Assembly: GCA_047967505.1 (NCBI GenBank)
Contig: CM106538.1
Reading direction: 5' to 3' (one strand)
Origin: Dipteris shenzhenensis
Taxonomy: Eukaryota
DNA length: 64,000 bases
The notes beneath the pieces were generated by a model, which did no database searches, was not told where the DNA came from, and saw nothing but the letters and a program-made list of their open reading frames with translations. The translations under genes were made by a program, and so were the position numbers. Below, piece after piece: positions 1 to 13,149 of the stretch (position 1 is the stretch's first letter; each line of letters opens with the position of its first letter).

Positions 1-2070
1 AGCAATGATCCGGAAGTCTCTGCTCTTGAGCGCGAGCCGTTTCCGCTGGTCTCGCGACATTCCGTCGCGCATCTGGCCCGTGTCGACAAAGTGAAACATG
101 TCATCGTACCACGTCTTTGGAGCTGCCGGTACCACCGCCTCCAGTTCGAACAGCTGGGCATCCGAAAAATCGTCTTCCACACCCATCGGGTCTTCGCCAG
201 ATTCCAACCGCGAAAGGTAATCCGCTACGGCATGTGTACTTCCTGGTCGATGGACCACCGTGAAGTCGAACTCCTGTAAAAGCAGCATCCACCGGGCCAA
301 CTTTCCAGTGAGCTCGGGCTTGTGTACCAAATACAACAAGGCGGAATGATCCACATGAAACGTGAACCGATTCCCCAACAGGTAGTGACGAAACTTTGTT
401 ACGGAATAAATCATCCCCAATGCTTCCCGCTCCGTCGTAGAGTAATTCCGTTCGGCTTTTGACAACCTGCGACTTGCATAATACACCGGTCGGAACCACT
501 TGCTTGTCGCTTCCTGCATGAGGACACTACCAATAGCCACGTCCGAGGCATCCACGAAGACATGAAACATCTTCGTCCAATCTGGCGGCTGAACCACCGG
601 TGCTGTCGCCAACATCAGTTTGAGCCGTCGAAAAGCTAAGTCACAAGCAGGAGACCAGACTACCGGTACTTTGTTGAGTTGGTCATACAGTGGTGTCGCC
701 ACATCCGCCAGATACCGTAGCATTCGGCTGTGCCATTTAACCTGCCCTAGGAATCTCACGAGCTGCTTACCGTTGCCAGGAACCTTGGCCTGCCGAATCG
801 CTTCGACCTTCGCCGGATCTACCGCAATGCCTTCCGCCGAGATAATGCAACCCAGCAGCATACCGCTGCCCACGGCGAATGCACATTTCATAGGGTTCAG
901 ACACAACCGTGCCTCCCTACACCGGGTTAAGCATTTCTTCAGATGCTCAAGGTGCTGCTTGCGACTCTTGAAAACACTGAAATCGTCCAGAAATACCTGC
1001 ATAAAGATTAGTAAATAATCATCAAATATTTCTTGGACCATGCGTTGAAATGTTGCCGGAGCATTCTTTAGCCCAAATGCCATCACCAGGAAAACAAATG
1101 CTCCCTTCTCCGTGATGAAGGCTGTTTTCTCTCGATCTTCTGGTGCCATCTGCACCTGGTTATACCCACTGAAGCCATCCAGAAAAGAATACATCTCGTG
1201 ACCTGCCACTGTATCCAGCATAGTATCATTAAACGGCAAGGGAAACGGATTCGTGATTGTCGCCGCGTTAAGCTTTCTGTAGTCAACACAGACCCGCAAC
1301 TTCAAATTCTTTTTCGGAACAATCACTATTGGCGAAAGCCACGTTGCACGGTCAACCGGATAGATAAACCCGACCTTTAGCAACCTGTCCAGCTCCTCCT
1401 TCACCCTCTGGGCATAGTTCGGGTTCATTCTATACCGTTGTTGCCGAACCGGTATCGCATCCTTCTGCAGATTGATCCTGTGCTGATAGAATTTGGGATC
1501 GATGCCGAGCAAATCTGTGTAGTCCCAGGCGAACACGTCTTTGAAGGATTTCAGCAATGTCTCCAATTTTCCCCGAAATCCTTTATCGAGCTTCGCACTA
1601 ACACGGACGTTCTTTGGCTCCTCCTCCGTCTCGAGGTTAAGATCCAGCAGCTCGTCTTCTTTGACCCTCCGTGAGCGACGGAGTTCCTGCTCGAAAACTC
1701 TTTCCGCCTCCGCCACTCCCGCTTCGTCCGGCATGTCTCCTGTGCCTTCCGGTAGACTCCCTTCGACTGGTTCTTTCGTGGAACTGGATGACTCCTGCGT
1801 AGCCGAGGGAATCTGATGCTGATATTGCTTTAAAACGGCAACCACATCGACCTCGAACAAGCTTACCAGCTCCGTATTCCTACTGAAGTAGTCATCCTCC
1901 TCTTCGACCCCCATTCCGTCCATCATATGGATACCTTCTGCCATCGTCGGTCGGAATGGTGTCCTCAGCCCTTGTTTGGTATGTACCGAGAGCTTCAGCT
2001 TCTTTTTTCCTTTCCGAATGGTGATGCGGTTTGATTGCCAGTCTTGTTTCACACGGGCCTGCCGCAACCA
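1..2070 (-). CDS. G1 pol (RT + RNase H, leading into the integrase N-terminus), partial, open to the window edge
   Basis: Manual translation gives WLSPIVIVPKK, LRVCVDYRKLN, FLDGFSGYNQ, FGLKNAPATFQR, VFLDDF (~980-997), AERNYSTTEREALG, HAVADYLSR. Probably absent from the ORF track because no stop is reached. Confidence 0.9.
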
Positions 2071-4600
2071 CTTCTTTCGAGCAATAACGGGTATGACCCG
2101 CTAATATCCTCCATCCGGAGAATCACCACAGCGATTTCGAACTTCACGCCGCAAACCTCCATTTTCAATCCACGGAGCAATCCTAACGGCTGCACTCTCC
2201 GTTGGTCTGCCATCCGAACGGCGAAGGGTGCTGATTCCCATTTTGTGATACCCAATGGCACCAGCATTTGTTCGGACAGGATGTTGACCCCAGACCCTCC
2301 GTCCAGCAACACCCCTCCCACACGGCTGTTCTCCAGTGTTACGAAAATTACCGGGACCGCTTCGTCAAAAACAGGAGGCTGTACTTCCGCTTCAGGCTTT
2401 GCAGATCCGTCTGACGACACTTCCATTGTTACCGCTTCCATCTCCGACTCCATCGCCCTGACTGGTTCCGTCAATTGTTTGATGAGAGAACTCCGGAAAT
2501 TGGGTACCAATGCTAACAATTGCTCCATTGTCATGTGTATTTGCTGTTTCCGCAAATCCTGCCATAAATCATATGGTTCAACACCCTCCTCGCCGGTCAT
2601 CAGGCTGTCCTTCTGACTGGTAGGTAGACAAGTCGCTTTTGGCTGCTCTCCTTGCAGGCGCCTTGCCACCTTCGCACCATTCTCCGTCACCGAGACTGCC
2701 TTTTCCGCGCTCGGCCTAGGTAACACCGTTGGGGTTTTCTGGACCCATTCACCGACCGTCGACCGCACCTTTTGTTGTGCCTGCCAGTCCAACGCCGTAG
2801 GTCTTTCCTTCTCTTGCGGGGCCTTGTATTCCCGCACCTTTTCCTGGGATCGTGTGACCACGAGCACATCTCCGCTCGCACTTCCTCCCACTTTGCCTTC
2901 AACAGGGACACCCGCCGGTACTTCCGGTACTTCTTCGGACGTCGGACTAGGCTCCTTGCTATCCTGTTGCTGACTGGCATCATCGCATTCGATAATCAGA
3001 ACCGCATTCACTGCTGGTGTGGACTTGCCTTCTCCGGATCCCCGGGTTGCTTCCCTTTCCGCCTTGTGGCGCTTAAATAATTTGCAATCTACCTTTCGAT
3101 GTCCGGGTTGATTGCAATAAAAACATAGGAACGTCCGTTCCCCTGCTGGTTCATCTGCACCTGTTCTAGCCGTTCTCGGCCGCCAAGGTCTTTTCGCCGA
3201 TGCGGCTGGTACCGCGGCTGGTGCTGCGGCTGGTGCTGCAACTACCGCCGCCACCGCTGGTGTCGGGGCTATTCGTGCGTTATAGCGGCAGATCTCCGTG
3301 GTATGCGTCGCTGTTTGGCAAATCGCACACCACCGCTCATTCAAACCGCATTCCTCTGCTAAGTGTCCTGCATTCCGGCACCGATTACACCAAGTATCCT
3401 TGCGAACTTTTGAAGAGGACCCTATTCCACTATCCCGGCTTTTGGCTCCGGCAGCAGATCCTTCCGGAAATGACTTCCCTGCCGTTTTTCCAGCCTTCCG
3501 CCTCATGGAACGTTTGTGCTCCTCCTCATCCGACTGATCCGACTCCTCCTCATTATCGGTATCGGAGTCTCCCTCAGCCTCCTCATATTCACTTTTCCTT
3601 TCCTTCCCTTGGAAGTAAACAGAACTTGTTCCGCCCTCACCGCTGCTTGGACGACTTCTTCTAATGAAAGAGCTTCTAGATCCAACGATGCCAGGGACCT
3701 TTTCAATCCTTTATTCAGCCCCTCCATGAAGTAAGCATTTTGGATGGGGACTGCCGGGGTAGTTGCTGCATCGAGGCGGCGGATCAACGACCGAAACCTG
3801 GCCGCATACGCCTCCACTTCTTGGTTCTTCTGTTCCAGTTTCCCCAGTTTGGCCAGGACATGAACACGGGTCTTGTCCTCCCGAAACCGGAGCAAAAAAG
3901 CATCCCGCAGTAGATCAAACGTGGCGAAATGGGTAGCTCCATATTGCACGATCCATACTGCCGCCTGCTTCTGCAGTGTCGGGATGAAAGTCGCCATCTT
4001 CATAAGATCTGTCGCCTGCACTGGTGGAGCCATATTCACCATCCATGCCATCTCAAATGACAGTATATGTGCATCCGCATCCTCCTTATCCCGTCCCGAA
4101 AACTTGGGGTACTTCACCGTCATCCTGGGTACCAGTGGTGGAATAGCCGCGCTACTTACCGCCGGAACTCCACCCCCGCCTCCGCCTCCACCGCCTCCAC
4201 CTCCCCTACCGGGATCTGGTGACGGACCTGGGGCTCCGCTTCCTGCAGGCACACCACCCCTCCGTCTCCTGGGACTCGGTGGTGGGGAATTCCGCAACGG
4301 TGACGCTTCGTCTTCCGGAGGAGTACTTGTTAAATCGAACGGGCTACTGCATCCGGAGGATTCGCCTTCCTCCTGAACACCGGAAACGACTGGACCTTCC
4401 TCTCCTGGGATCAGCGGAGGTGTGTCAGAGCGGCTACTACTCTCACTATCCGTGAAGAAGCCGAAGAGAAGATCACGTTGAGCCACATATCTGTCATGCC
4501 GTTCCTCGCGGGTTGTACGTGCCGATACTGGAGTTGCAGGCTCCCGAGGCCGTGCCGGAGAGCGCGATGTTCCCCCTGGCTCACTCCCAGCGTCATTCAT
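2049..4600 (-). pseudogene. G1 gag-protease region with two apparent 1-nt frameshifts (~3600, ~2075)
   Basis: ORF 3503-4600 has a retrotransposon gag (YPKFSG..DADAHI, F..LRDAFL.RF). ORF 2049-3506 has three CX2CX4HX4C knuckles and protease LLDGGSG. The frames join as KGRK/SEYEEAEGDSD and YPLLL-R/KWLRQARV. Confidence 0.9.
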
Positions 4601-4688
4601 GCGCTAGTCCACGCACCGAGGAATCAGAGTATTACAAATGGGGAGCATCCAACCTCTCCGGGGTATCCACCGCGACGAACATGGAAAT

Positions 4689-4703
4689 CTTCCGTGGTCG
4701 CCA
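4689..4703 (-). promoter_or_regulatory. Primer-binding site of G1 (TGGCGACCACGGAAG, tRNA-Arg-like)
   Basis: TGG motif 3 nt from the LTR end. Complementary to a ..GUGGUCGCCA tRNA 3' end; the tRNA identity is inferred. Confidence 0.7.
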
Positions 4704-4706
4704 AAG

Positions 4707-4844
4707 TGTTAGCCCTCTCTACTCTGAAGACTAACTCGAAACGCACTACTGCGACAGATTTACATGCGTAATCGAACTTCAGAACTGCGTATGAAAATTC
4801 ATAGAGTAGAACAGTGATCGACAGAATCATTCATGATAAAACAA
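4707..4844 (-). repeat. Truncated G1 5' LTR (3'-terminal 138 bp)
   Basis: Exact reverse complement of 50350-50487; ends in ..AACA next to the PBS. Confidence 0.93.
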
Positions 4845-5004
4845 ATTTTCATGAATAAAATGTACCCCTTTCCTATACAAATCTGTAAATTTTTTCCAAA
4901 ACTATTTTAAATAGTCCCTTATGTGTATTTATTTCTGTAAATTTTAGAAATAAAAAAAATCCTTCTGTTGAACTCACGTGATAGGGTTACATATGATGAG
5001 TGAC

Positions 5005-6279
5005 CCCCCCGAGAGCCAAAAGCATAGAGCCCTTTTGAATTTTCCAACTCTGAAAGACAAAAGTGGTGTGAAAACTAGCATCATCTAGCTGACCCACTGA
5101 AATAAGACTCCTGGTCAGCTTAGGCACAAGTCTCACATGTTTCAAAACAAATGCAAACCCATTTGCAAAAGAAAACTTTATGTCACCTACTCCCACTATG
5201 TCACATGTAGTCATTTCCAAGATGCACACAACCTGTCTTTCCACTGTCATAAGTGGAGAACCATTCCCTATGGGGAGTAACATGGAATGACGCACCAGAA
5301 TCCAAAATCCAATCCTGGGAATATGCATCATCTGAAGTGGTAAGCAACTCTGCAAATAAACTAGACATGAAGAGAACGTCATCGTCACTATCATGTGTGA
5401 CTGCATTGATCTCCTCGATCTTCACTTTTCCTTTGTCCTCCCTTGGACTCTCTTCCTTTTGATTTGCATCCCAATTTGCATTCTTTTTCTTATCCTTTTG
5501 CTCTCTTTTCAGCTTGTAGCAATCCTTTTTCATATGACCCTTCTTGCCACAATGGTAACACTCAATGTTCCGTGCCCTAGATTTGCTACGAGACTTCCCT
5601 CTTTCTTAGGACTTCCCCCTAAACTGTGATCTGCCCCTTTGCACATTTAAGGCTGCATCCTGCTTGTTGCCATCCATAGACTTCCGTCTAATCTCCTCGG
5701 CTAACAAGCTACCCACAACATCATCAAATTTCAGTACTCCACCAGGTGCAGAGTTACTAACAGCTGTACGGAAGGTATCCCATGAGGATGGCAATGAACA
5801 TAAGAGAAATATTGCCTTAGTCTCCACATCAAAATTCATCTTCTGAGCCTGGCTGAAAATAATATTGAATTCATTCAAGTGAGAAGCAATGGAAACCCCT
5901 TCCTTCATCTGCATCTCAACAACCTCTTCATGAGGTAAACTTTATTAGAGGTAGTTTCCTTCTCATAAGTGGCACACAGTTTCTTCCACAAATCTTCCAT
6001 AGTCTGCTCATTTACTACTATGAAATAAACTGACTCTGCAAGATGAAGTCTAATAGTAGACTTTGCTAATGCATCCAACTCATTCCAATCATCCTCAGAC
6101 ATATTTGCAGGCTTAGCTTCAATCCCTGCCAAGGGTTCAATCTGCTTATTTTGAATAAGCACATCCCTTATTTGTTCTTTCCACAAAGAAAAGTTTGTCC
6201 CATCAAACTTTTTAATGCTGAAAAACTCCCTTTCAGACATGGAAGAGGATGCCATGATGCAAATGAAACAAAATCCCAA
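5005..6279 (-). pseudogene. C1 gag-protease, frameshifted, truncated before integrase
   Basis: ORFs 5905-6279, 5606-5914, 5201-5533 and 4987-5406 are consecutive copia gag/UBN2, CCHC and PR pieces. Confidence 0.9.
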
Positions 6280-7612
6280 ATGCTAGTGCCTGCAAGAGAG
6301 AATCACACCAAATACCAGGTGCACCCAAATGTGTATGCCACAATAGAAAGAAATATCACCAAAACTCAAAGCTCAAAGCATCAAAAGATGCATCTGACTC
6401 ATGTGCATATACTATGCATTCATATGAGCAAATCTGGCCCAAAAGAAAATGCCAATACGTGCCAAATGACTCAAGCATAAACACTGTCCACTAGCATATG
6501 CATCAATAATATCTCATCCAAGAGAGCATAGCACTATCAATGCATCACCTGCAATGTGTCAAAGCTGTCCCTCAGCATAAAATAGCATCCATGTGCAAAG
6601 CGTCCATAAAAATAGCATCCCACAAGGCAATTTGGGCCTATCAACGCATCCAATAAGGACTGTAATGCATCCAAATGGCCTATAAATCATCCATTACAAC
6701 CCAATGCATACCATGAATGAGTGCACACTGCTCAAACTGCAACCAGAGTGATGTGCATAAGGTACGCTCAAGAAATCATAGTCCCACGATAATGACCGCT
6801 ACTGAAAATAGAACCTGAGATGCCTCAGCACCATTGCATAATCGGACTCAGCAAGAAAATCTGCAAATATCTCTCTTCTGCCGAAACTCCAAAATCCCAA
6901 CCGATGAGTGAGAAATGGGAGTCAACACTTATCCACTGCCATGTGGCATAAATCTAAGGTTTCAAAACCTTAGAATGAAAAATGCATAACAGAGAGACGA
7001 AATCGAATACACAGAGATCTATAACTCTGAAAATCCTCCACCGAAACGTGCAAGAACTAACAAGTAGGGGTTTTTGGGCGTCCGGAACGCAATGGGACAG
7101 ACGATTTTGGAAACCGTGGTCTCAATCACTGGGTCCAACACACGGACTGAAAAATGTTTCTGGAAGCAGAGCTGTTTGTACCGGAACTGACAGATCTGCA
7201 AATGGTTGCTCCAAACTTGAGTTCCAATGCCCGGGCAAAAATCGCAGAAACTGACACAGTGAGTCAAAAATCCAATGAAATGATCCCAGATTCAAGAATG
7301 AAGGTGTTTCCAAGCTCCTGAAGTGAAGTGGACACCAAAAGCAAGCAATAGTTGCCTCTACAAGTCAATACGGAGTCTCTGTCATCGAACGGAACAGGGA
7401 AAAGCTCAAAAAACGACTTTTTCTTTGAAAACACTTAACGGGCTCTCAAAACCACTTCACAAAACCAAAATGACTTTTCCAAAGTTTCCTCCAAGGTCTC
7501 TGCACACTCGGATGCAAGTAAAGTCACCCACAAAGCTTCCCACAGAGCTTCTCCTTCTTCCCACAGAGCTGCTGAGCTTCAAGCATTCATGCACGCTCAG
7601 CTAGATCACCCG

Positions 7613-7625
7613 GGCTCTGATACCA
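7613..7625 (-). promoter_or_regulatory. tRNA-iMet primer-binding site of C1
   Basis: TGGTATCAGAGCC on the minus strand, 2 nt from the LTR end. Confidence 0.92.
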
Positions 7626-7627
7626 GT

Positions 7628-7804
7628 TGAGAGTGCTCTCAACGGAAGCAAGAACGGAAGAAGGAGAAAGAGAGAGAGAGACAGAGAGCCACACAAGTTT
7701 TGGTGGGTGCAAAACCACCCTAATCTTCTTTTTCATTCATTTATATATGTGTTTGAGTATTGTACATAACCGGGGTAAAGGCACAGTGACCTTTAACCCC
7801 CACA
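7628..7804 (-). repeat. C1 5' LTR (177 bp, TG...CA)
   Basis: Reverse complement of 53181-53357 with about 4 mismatches by eye; flanked by CTCGA on the minus strand. Confidence 0.93.
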
Positions 7805-8289
7805 TCGAGTAGCTAACTCATCTGCCCTTTGATTTTCTTTTCTGTTTATATGAACAAACTTGCAAAAATCAAACTGACTACATACTGCCATAGCCTTTTG
7901 ATTAAGCTCCTTCAAATGGGGACTTCTTGTCTTGTAATGCCCTTGCATTTGCTTTATAATAAGCTGAGAATCTCCTATTACTTCCAATTCTTTGACTTGA
8001 CTTTGAAAACAAGCCTCCAAACCAAGAATCAAAGCATTATACTCAGCTACATTATTAGTTGTGATATCTGGAATCTTGTCCTCTTTCCCATACTTCTTGA
8101 CCTTCAGAATTAATCAAGACCATCCTCTCGGCTCCTTGTTGGCATGAAGGACTAAAGGCTCCATCAAAATACCAGACAAAGGCTATTGGTGGTGTTTTCC
8201 TTTCATCATTAATGTCCTCCTTATATTTCTTTTCTTCTCTTAGATCCTCCCTTTCAGTGAGCAAATCTGCCATAGTGGACCTAGTGGTA
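7805..8289 (-). mobile_element. Gypsy G2 fragment encoding the additional (archaeal-type) RNase H, interrupted by C1
   Basis: WYFDGA, LEVIGDSQLIIKQ, HINRKENQRADELA; homologous to ~62150-62635. Confidence 0.88.
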
Positions 8290-10730
8290 ATACAACTTTT
8301 TTTTAGGTGTGTACAAAATATCATGTCCATAGAATATTCTTTGGATGGTCAAACGCGCCACAAACACCTTTTTTTACGAAGTGTTATGCACAACCGCCAA
8401 GAAATAGTACCCGAGGTGTATTATTCGAGTGCGCTCATACCCAAATGGTACGATGATTTGCACAAGCATAAATCAAACCTATTTTGAGGTATGTGCAAAA
8501 TATCTTGCCCATTGGATATGCATTGGATGGTTAAACACACCACAAACCCTATTTTTCACTAAGTGTTATGCACAACTACCAAAGAATAGTATTTCAGGTG
8601 TATTATTCAAATGCTCTCATACCAGATGGTTACAATAATTTTCATGCACATCAATACAATCTATTTTGAGTTGTGTGCAAAGTATTATGCCCATTGGATA
8701 TGCTTTGGATGGTCAAAGTCGTCACAAATTGCCTTTTTCATCAAGTGTTATGCACAATGTACAATACTGGATGGACATGATACTTTGCATTTGTGTCAAT
8801 CGAACTTATTTTGAGGTCTTTGCAAAGTATCATGCCCATTGAATATGCTTTGGATGGTCAAACATGCCACAAACTCCATTTTTCACTAGGTGTCATGCAC
8901 AACTGCCAAAAATCACGCTTTGAGGTGTATTATTTGAATGCGCACATATCCGATGGCCACGATACTTTGCAAGCTCATCAATACAACCTATTTTAAGCTA
9001 TGTGAAAATTATCATGCCCATCATAGTCAAAGTCACCCATAAATCCTGTTTTCCATCAAGTATTATGCACAACCATCAAAAAATAGTATTTGATGTGTGT
9101 TATTCAAAAATGCACATATCCAATCGGTATGATATTATTGATACAAGTCAATCTAATAGATGTTGAGGATTTTGCAATGTATTGTGTCCATCAGATATCA
9201 TTTAGATGGTCAAACTTGCCACAAACCTCATTTTTCACCAAATGTTATGCACAACTACAAAAAACACACACTTTGAGGTGTGTTATTCCAACACGCACAT
9301 ACCCGATGGGCATGATACTTTGCAAGTTCATCAATACAACCTATGTCAATCTGTATGCAAAGTATTGTGCACATCAGATAGGATGGTCAAAGTTGCCACA
9401 AACCCTATTTTTTAACCTAGTGCTATGCACAAGAGTAAAAAAATAGTATTTGAGGTGTGTCATTCGAATGCCCTCATATCGGATGGGTGCTATAATTTTC
9501 ATACAAATCAATATAATATATGTTTAGGCACATGAAAAATATAGCTCCCATCAGATATGCTTTCGATGTGGTCAAACATGTCAGAAACTCCATTTTTCAC
9601 CGAATGTTATGCACAAGCACTAAAAAATAGTATCTGAGGTGTTTTATTTGAATGCTCTCATGCCCGATGGGCATGATGCTTTGCACACATGTTAATCTAA
9701 CCTAATTAGAGATGTATGAAAAATATCGTATCCATCAGATATGCTTTGGATTGGAAAATGCACCACAAACTCCATTTACCTAAGTGTTATGCATAATTGC
9801 CAAAGAATAGTATCTGAGGTGTGTTATTCAAATGCCCTCATACCCAATAGGCACGATACTTTGCACACATGTCAATACAACCTATTTTGAGGTGCATGCA
9901 AAGTATTGTGTCCATTGGATATGCTTTCGATAGTCAAAGTCGGCACAAACCCACTTTTTCATCAAGTATTATGCACAATCGCCAAAAAATAGTATTTGAG
10001 GTGTGTTATTTAATTGCACACATATCGGATGAACACGATACCTTTCAATCATGTCAATTTAACCTTTTTTTTGTCTTGTGCCAAGTATCATCATCAAATA
10101 TGCTTTGGATGGTCAAACTCACCACAAATCATATTTTTCACTAAGTGTCGTACACAACCACCCTAAGACACGCTTTGGATGTGTTATTCAAACACGCACA
10201 CACTTGATGGGTATGATAATTTTCACATGTTTCAATCCAATCTATGTTGATCTATGTGCAAAGTATCATGCCCATCAGATATGGTTTGGATGGTCGAAGT
10301 TGCTTGAAACCCTGTTTTTCACCAAGTGTTATCCACAACCACCATAAAATGTATCTGAGGTGTTTCATTCGAATGCACTCATACCCGATGGGAATGTTAC
10401 TTTGCGCACACATCAATACAATTTATGTTGAGTCGCATTCAAAATATCATGCCCATCAGATTTGATTTGGATGGTCAAATGTGCCACAAACTCCGTTTCT
10501 CACCAAGTGTTATGCACAATTGCCAAAAAATAGTATCTGAGGTGTATTATTCTTAAGGACATGATACTTTACACATGTTAATCCAACCTATGTTGAGGCA
10601 CATGTAAATTATCGTACCCATCGGATATTCTTTGGATGATCAAACTCACCACAAACATCCTTTTTCCCCAAGTGTTATGAGAATCTGAGGTGTGTCATTT
10701 GAATGTGCTCATACTTGATGGGCACTTTAC
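8290..10730. repeat. Degenerate tandem satellite, ~180-183 bp monomer, ~13-14 copies
   Basis: Motifs AAGTGTTATGCACAAC, GAGGTGTGTTATTC and TTTGGATGGTCAAA recur at ~182-bp spacing (e.g. 8379, 8561, 9782, 9964, 10143, 10324, 10504). Confidence 0.9.
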
Positions 10731-10904
10731 AAACGTTTTCTATAAGCTAGAATTTGAAAATTCTAACCATATATATGACTCTAGATGGCTTATGCCTATT
10801 GATTTGAGTACTTGGAGGGCTAAATTTGGGTCTCATAATGAGGAATTTATGTTAATTTTTGGGCTAATTTAACAAATTTAAAGTTTGAAATATTAGCTAA
10901 AGTA

Positions 10905-11467
10905 GAAGGCGAAAGGGGAGGGGGAGGGGGAGGGGGGAAAAGGAGAAAGGTGGGATGGGAAGGGGGAGGAGGGGAAAGGGTGGAAAGGGGGAAGGGGGGA
11001 ATGGGGGGAGCGGAAGGCGAAATGGAGGAAAGGGGGGAATGGAGGAAAGGGGGGAATGGGGAATGGGGAGGAGGGGAAGGGGGAAAGGGAGAAAGGGGGA
11101 AGGGGGAAGGGGGGAGGGGAAGGGGGGAATGGGGAATGGGGGAAGTTTGAATTCTAGAGTGGGAAGTTTGAATTCTCAGTGGGAAGTTTGAATTCCTTGA
11201 GGGAACTATATTGACTCTCACCTCTCCCTCTCCCATTTCAATCACACCCTCCCTCTCATTGTGTTCCCCTTCCTTCCTCTCTCTCTCTCCCTCTCCATCT
11301 CCCTCTCCCTCTCCCTCTCCCTTGTGTTGCATTGTGCTCCCTCTCCCTCTCCCTCTCCCTCTCTTGTGTTGTGCTCCCCTAACCCTTCCCCTCCCCGTCT
11401 CCCTCTCCCTCTCCCTCTCCTTTCTCCTCCCTTCTCTCCCTTCGTCTTTCTCCCCCCATCTCTCCCT

Positions 11468-11511
<44 letters not shown>

Positions 11512-12066
11512 CCTTCTTCTCATCTCCTCTCTCCCTCCCTTTCTTCTATAGTATGCCCAAGAGATCGTGTTGCCATGGCAGCGCAGTGCCACGACACAAA
11601 AAAACTACTTTTTTTTACGCGTGCTGTCACTCTTCCCTTCTTCCTCATCACCCACCTATCTAATTAAATTTATTATTAAAAAATTATTACTCCCTCCTCT
11701 ACTCTTCCCTTCCTCTCTCCCTCTCCCTTCCTCTCTCCCTCTTCCTTCTACTCTAGTCCTTCCTTCTACTCTCGGCCCCATTGTGGTCCCCTCCCTTCCT
11801 CCCTCTCCCTCTCCTTCGTGTTGTGCTTTGTCCCCCCTCTCCCTCTTCATCCCCTTTCTCCTCCCTTCTCTCCCTCTCTCTTTCCATTCTCCTCCCTTCT
11901 CTCCCTCTCTCTTCCCTTCTCCTGTCCTTTCTCCCTCCCTTGTCCAAGAGATCGCACCGCCGTGGTAGCGCGGAGGCGACGACGACAAAAAACAAAAAGG
12001 TCATCATCGCCTCTGCACTACCACGGTAGTGCAATCTCTTCCCCTCCTCCTCGTCACCCACACCTC

Positions 12067-12138
<72 letters not shown>

Positions 12139-12255
12139 TCCCTCGCTCTTCCCTTACCTTCATTCCTTCGCCCTCTTCTTTTCTCTCTTTCCCTCTCCAT
12201 TCCATGTCTCTCCCCCTTCCCTTCCCTTTTCCTTCTTTCCCTCTCTTTCGCCCTC
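10905..12255. repeat. Polypurine/polypyrimidine low-complexity tract with (CT)n microsatellites and 3x GGGAAGTTTGAATTC
   Basis: G/A-rich 10905-11140, triple repeat 11140-11196, C/T-rich 11215-12255. Confidence 0.9.
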
Positions 12256-13149
12256 CATCAAGATGCGTCATTTGAAGATGTGTGCTTCACTTTGTGCAAA
12301 CACAAAACCTTTGTAACTGTCGTAAGGGGTTTATAAAGTTCTTTGAGATTATACCGAGGTTGCTTTCTAAAACTTTGAAAGGTGTTTATTGACACCATTA
12401 TTAAGTCTTGGCGATTTTAGAGTTCCAAAACTCTAAAAGGTGTTTATTAACATCGTTATTAAGTCTTGGAGATGTTAGAAGACTCAAATGGTAAATTAAT
12501 CTCATACATGGACCTTAACTATATAAATATAAATATAAAATCCTTACAGGCATGCCCATGCCACATGGACAGTGTAGTGCACTAGTCCCACCATATGTAT
12601 CAATGGCCTTTGATCGATGAACCAAGGACATGTACGTTCCATACATGCATGTGCAGCATTGTGTGTGACTCCATATCTACCAGATTTTTGAGTTTTTAAA
12701 CTCTCAAAAGGTGTTTGTTAATACCGTTAAGATATCTTGAAGATTTTAGAGGACTCTTATGGTAAATTAATGTCATGCATGGGCCATACATACATACATA
12801 CATCCATACACATACATACATGCATGCATGCATGCATACATATAATTTTTTCATACATTTAAAATGCTTTTATTAATTTAAGTGTAATTAAACTATTATT
12901 TTTTATTAAATTATTAATTTAAATTGTTATTAAATGCAACATTATAGAGAGATATTCTAAAACTTATTACGTGGAAATGACACTGCCAAAAAGTAAACTT
13001 TTGATTCTCAAACAACATTTTCATAAAGTAAACTTTTCATTTGGGAAGGAGTTTAATGAGTGAATAGTCCAAATGTAGACATATGAGTCCAAAATTAATT
13101 AAATAAGTGTTAAGTGAATGTTTTTCCTTGCAATAGGTATGAGCTCACT

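Larger units (their letters stand above)
1..4844 (-). mobile_element. Ty3/gypsy LTR retrotransposon G1 (GC-rich, non-chromovirus-like), 5' part: partial 5' LTR, PBS, gag, protease, RT, RNase H; runs off the left edge
   Basis: Minus-strand order LTR end (..CTAACA) - PBS - gag - CCHC knuckles - LLDGGSG protease - RT (FLDD) - RNase H. Confidence 0.95.
5005..7804 (-). mobile_element. Ty1/copia element C1, 5' half (LTR, PBS, leader, gag, zinc knuckle, protease)
   Basis: LTR 7628-7804, Met PBS, gag KKFDGTNFSLWK, CYHCGKKGHMKKDC, WILDSGASFH. Confidence 0.93.

Noticed and set aside
3503-3620. Programmed gag-pol frameshift in G1
   Set aside because: The shift lies inside gag upstream of the zinc knuckles, with no clear slippery heptamer plus structure; an indel or sequencing error is more likely.
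8290-10730. Short repeated ORFs or a CRISPR array
   Set aside because: The whole monomer repeats and the frames are not conserved between copies; it is a satellite.
10847-12336. Pro/Ser/Leu- or Gly/Glu-rich proteins
   Set aside because: Stop-free by composition (purine/pyrimidine tracts).
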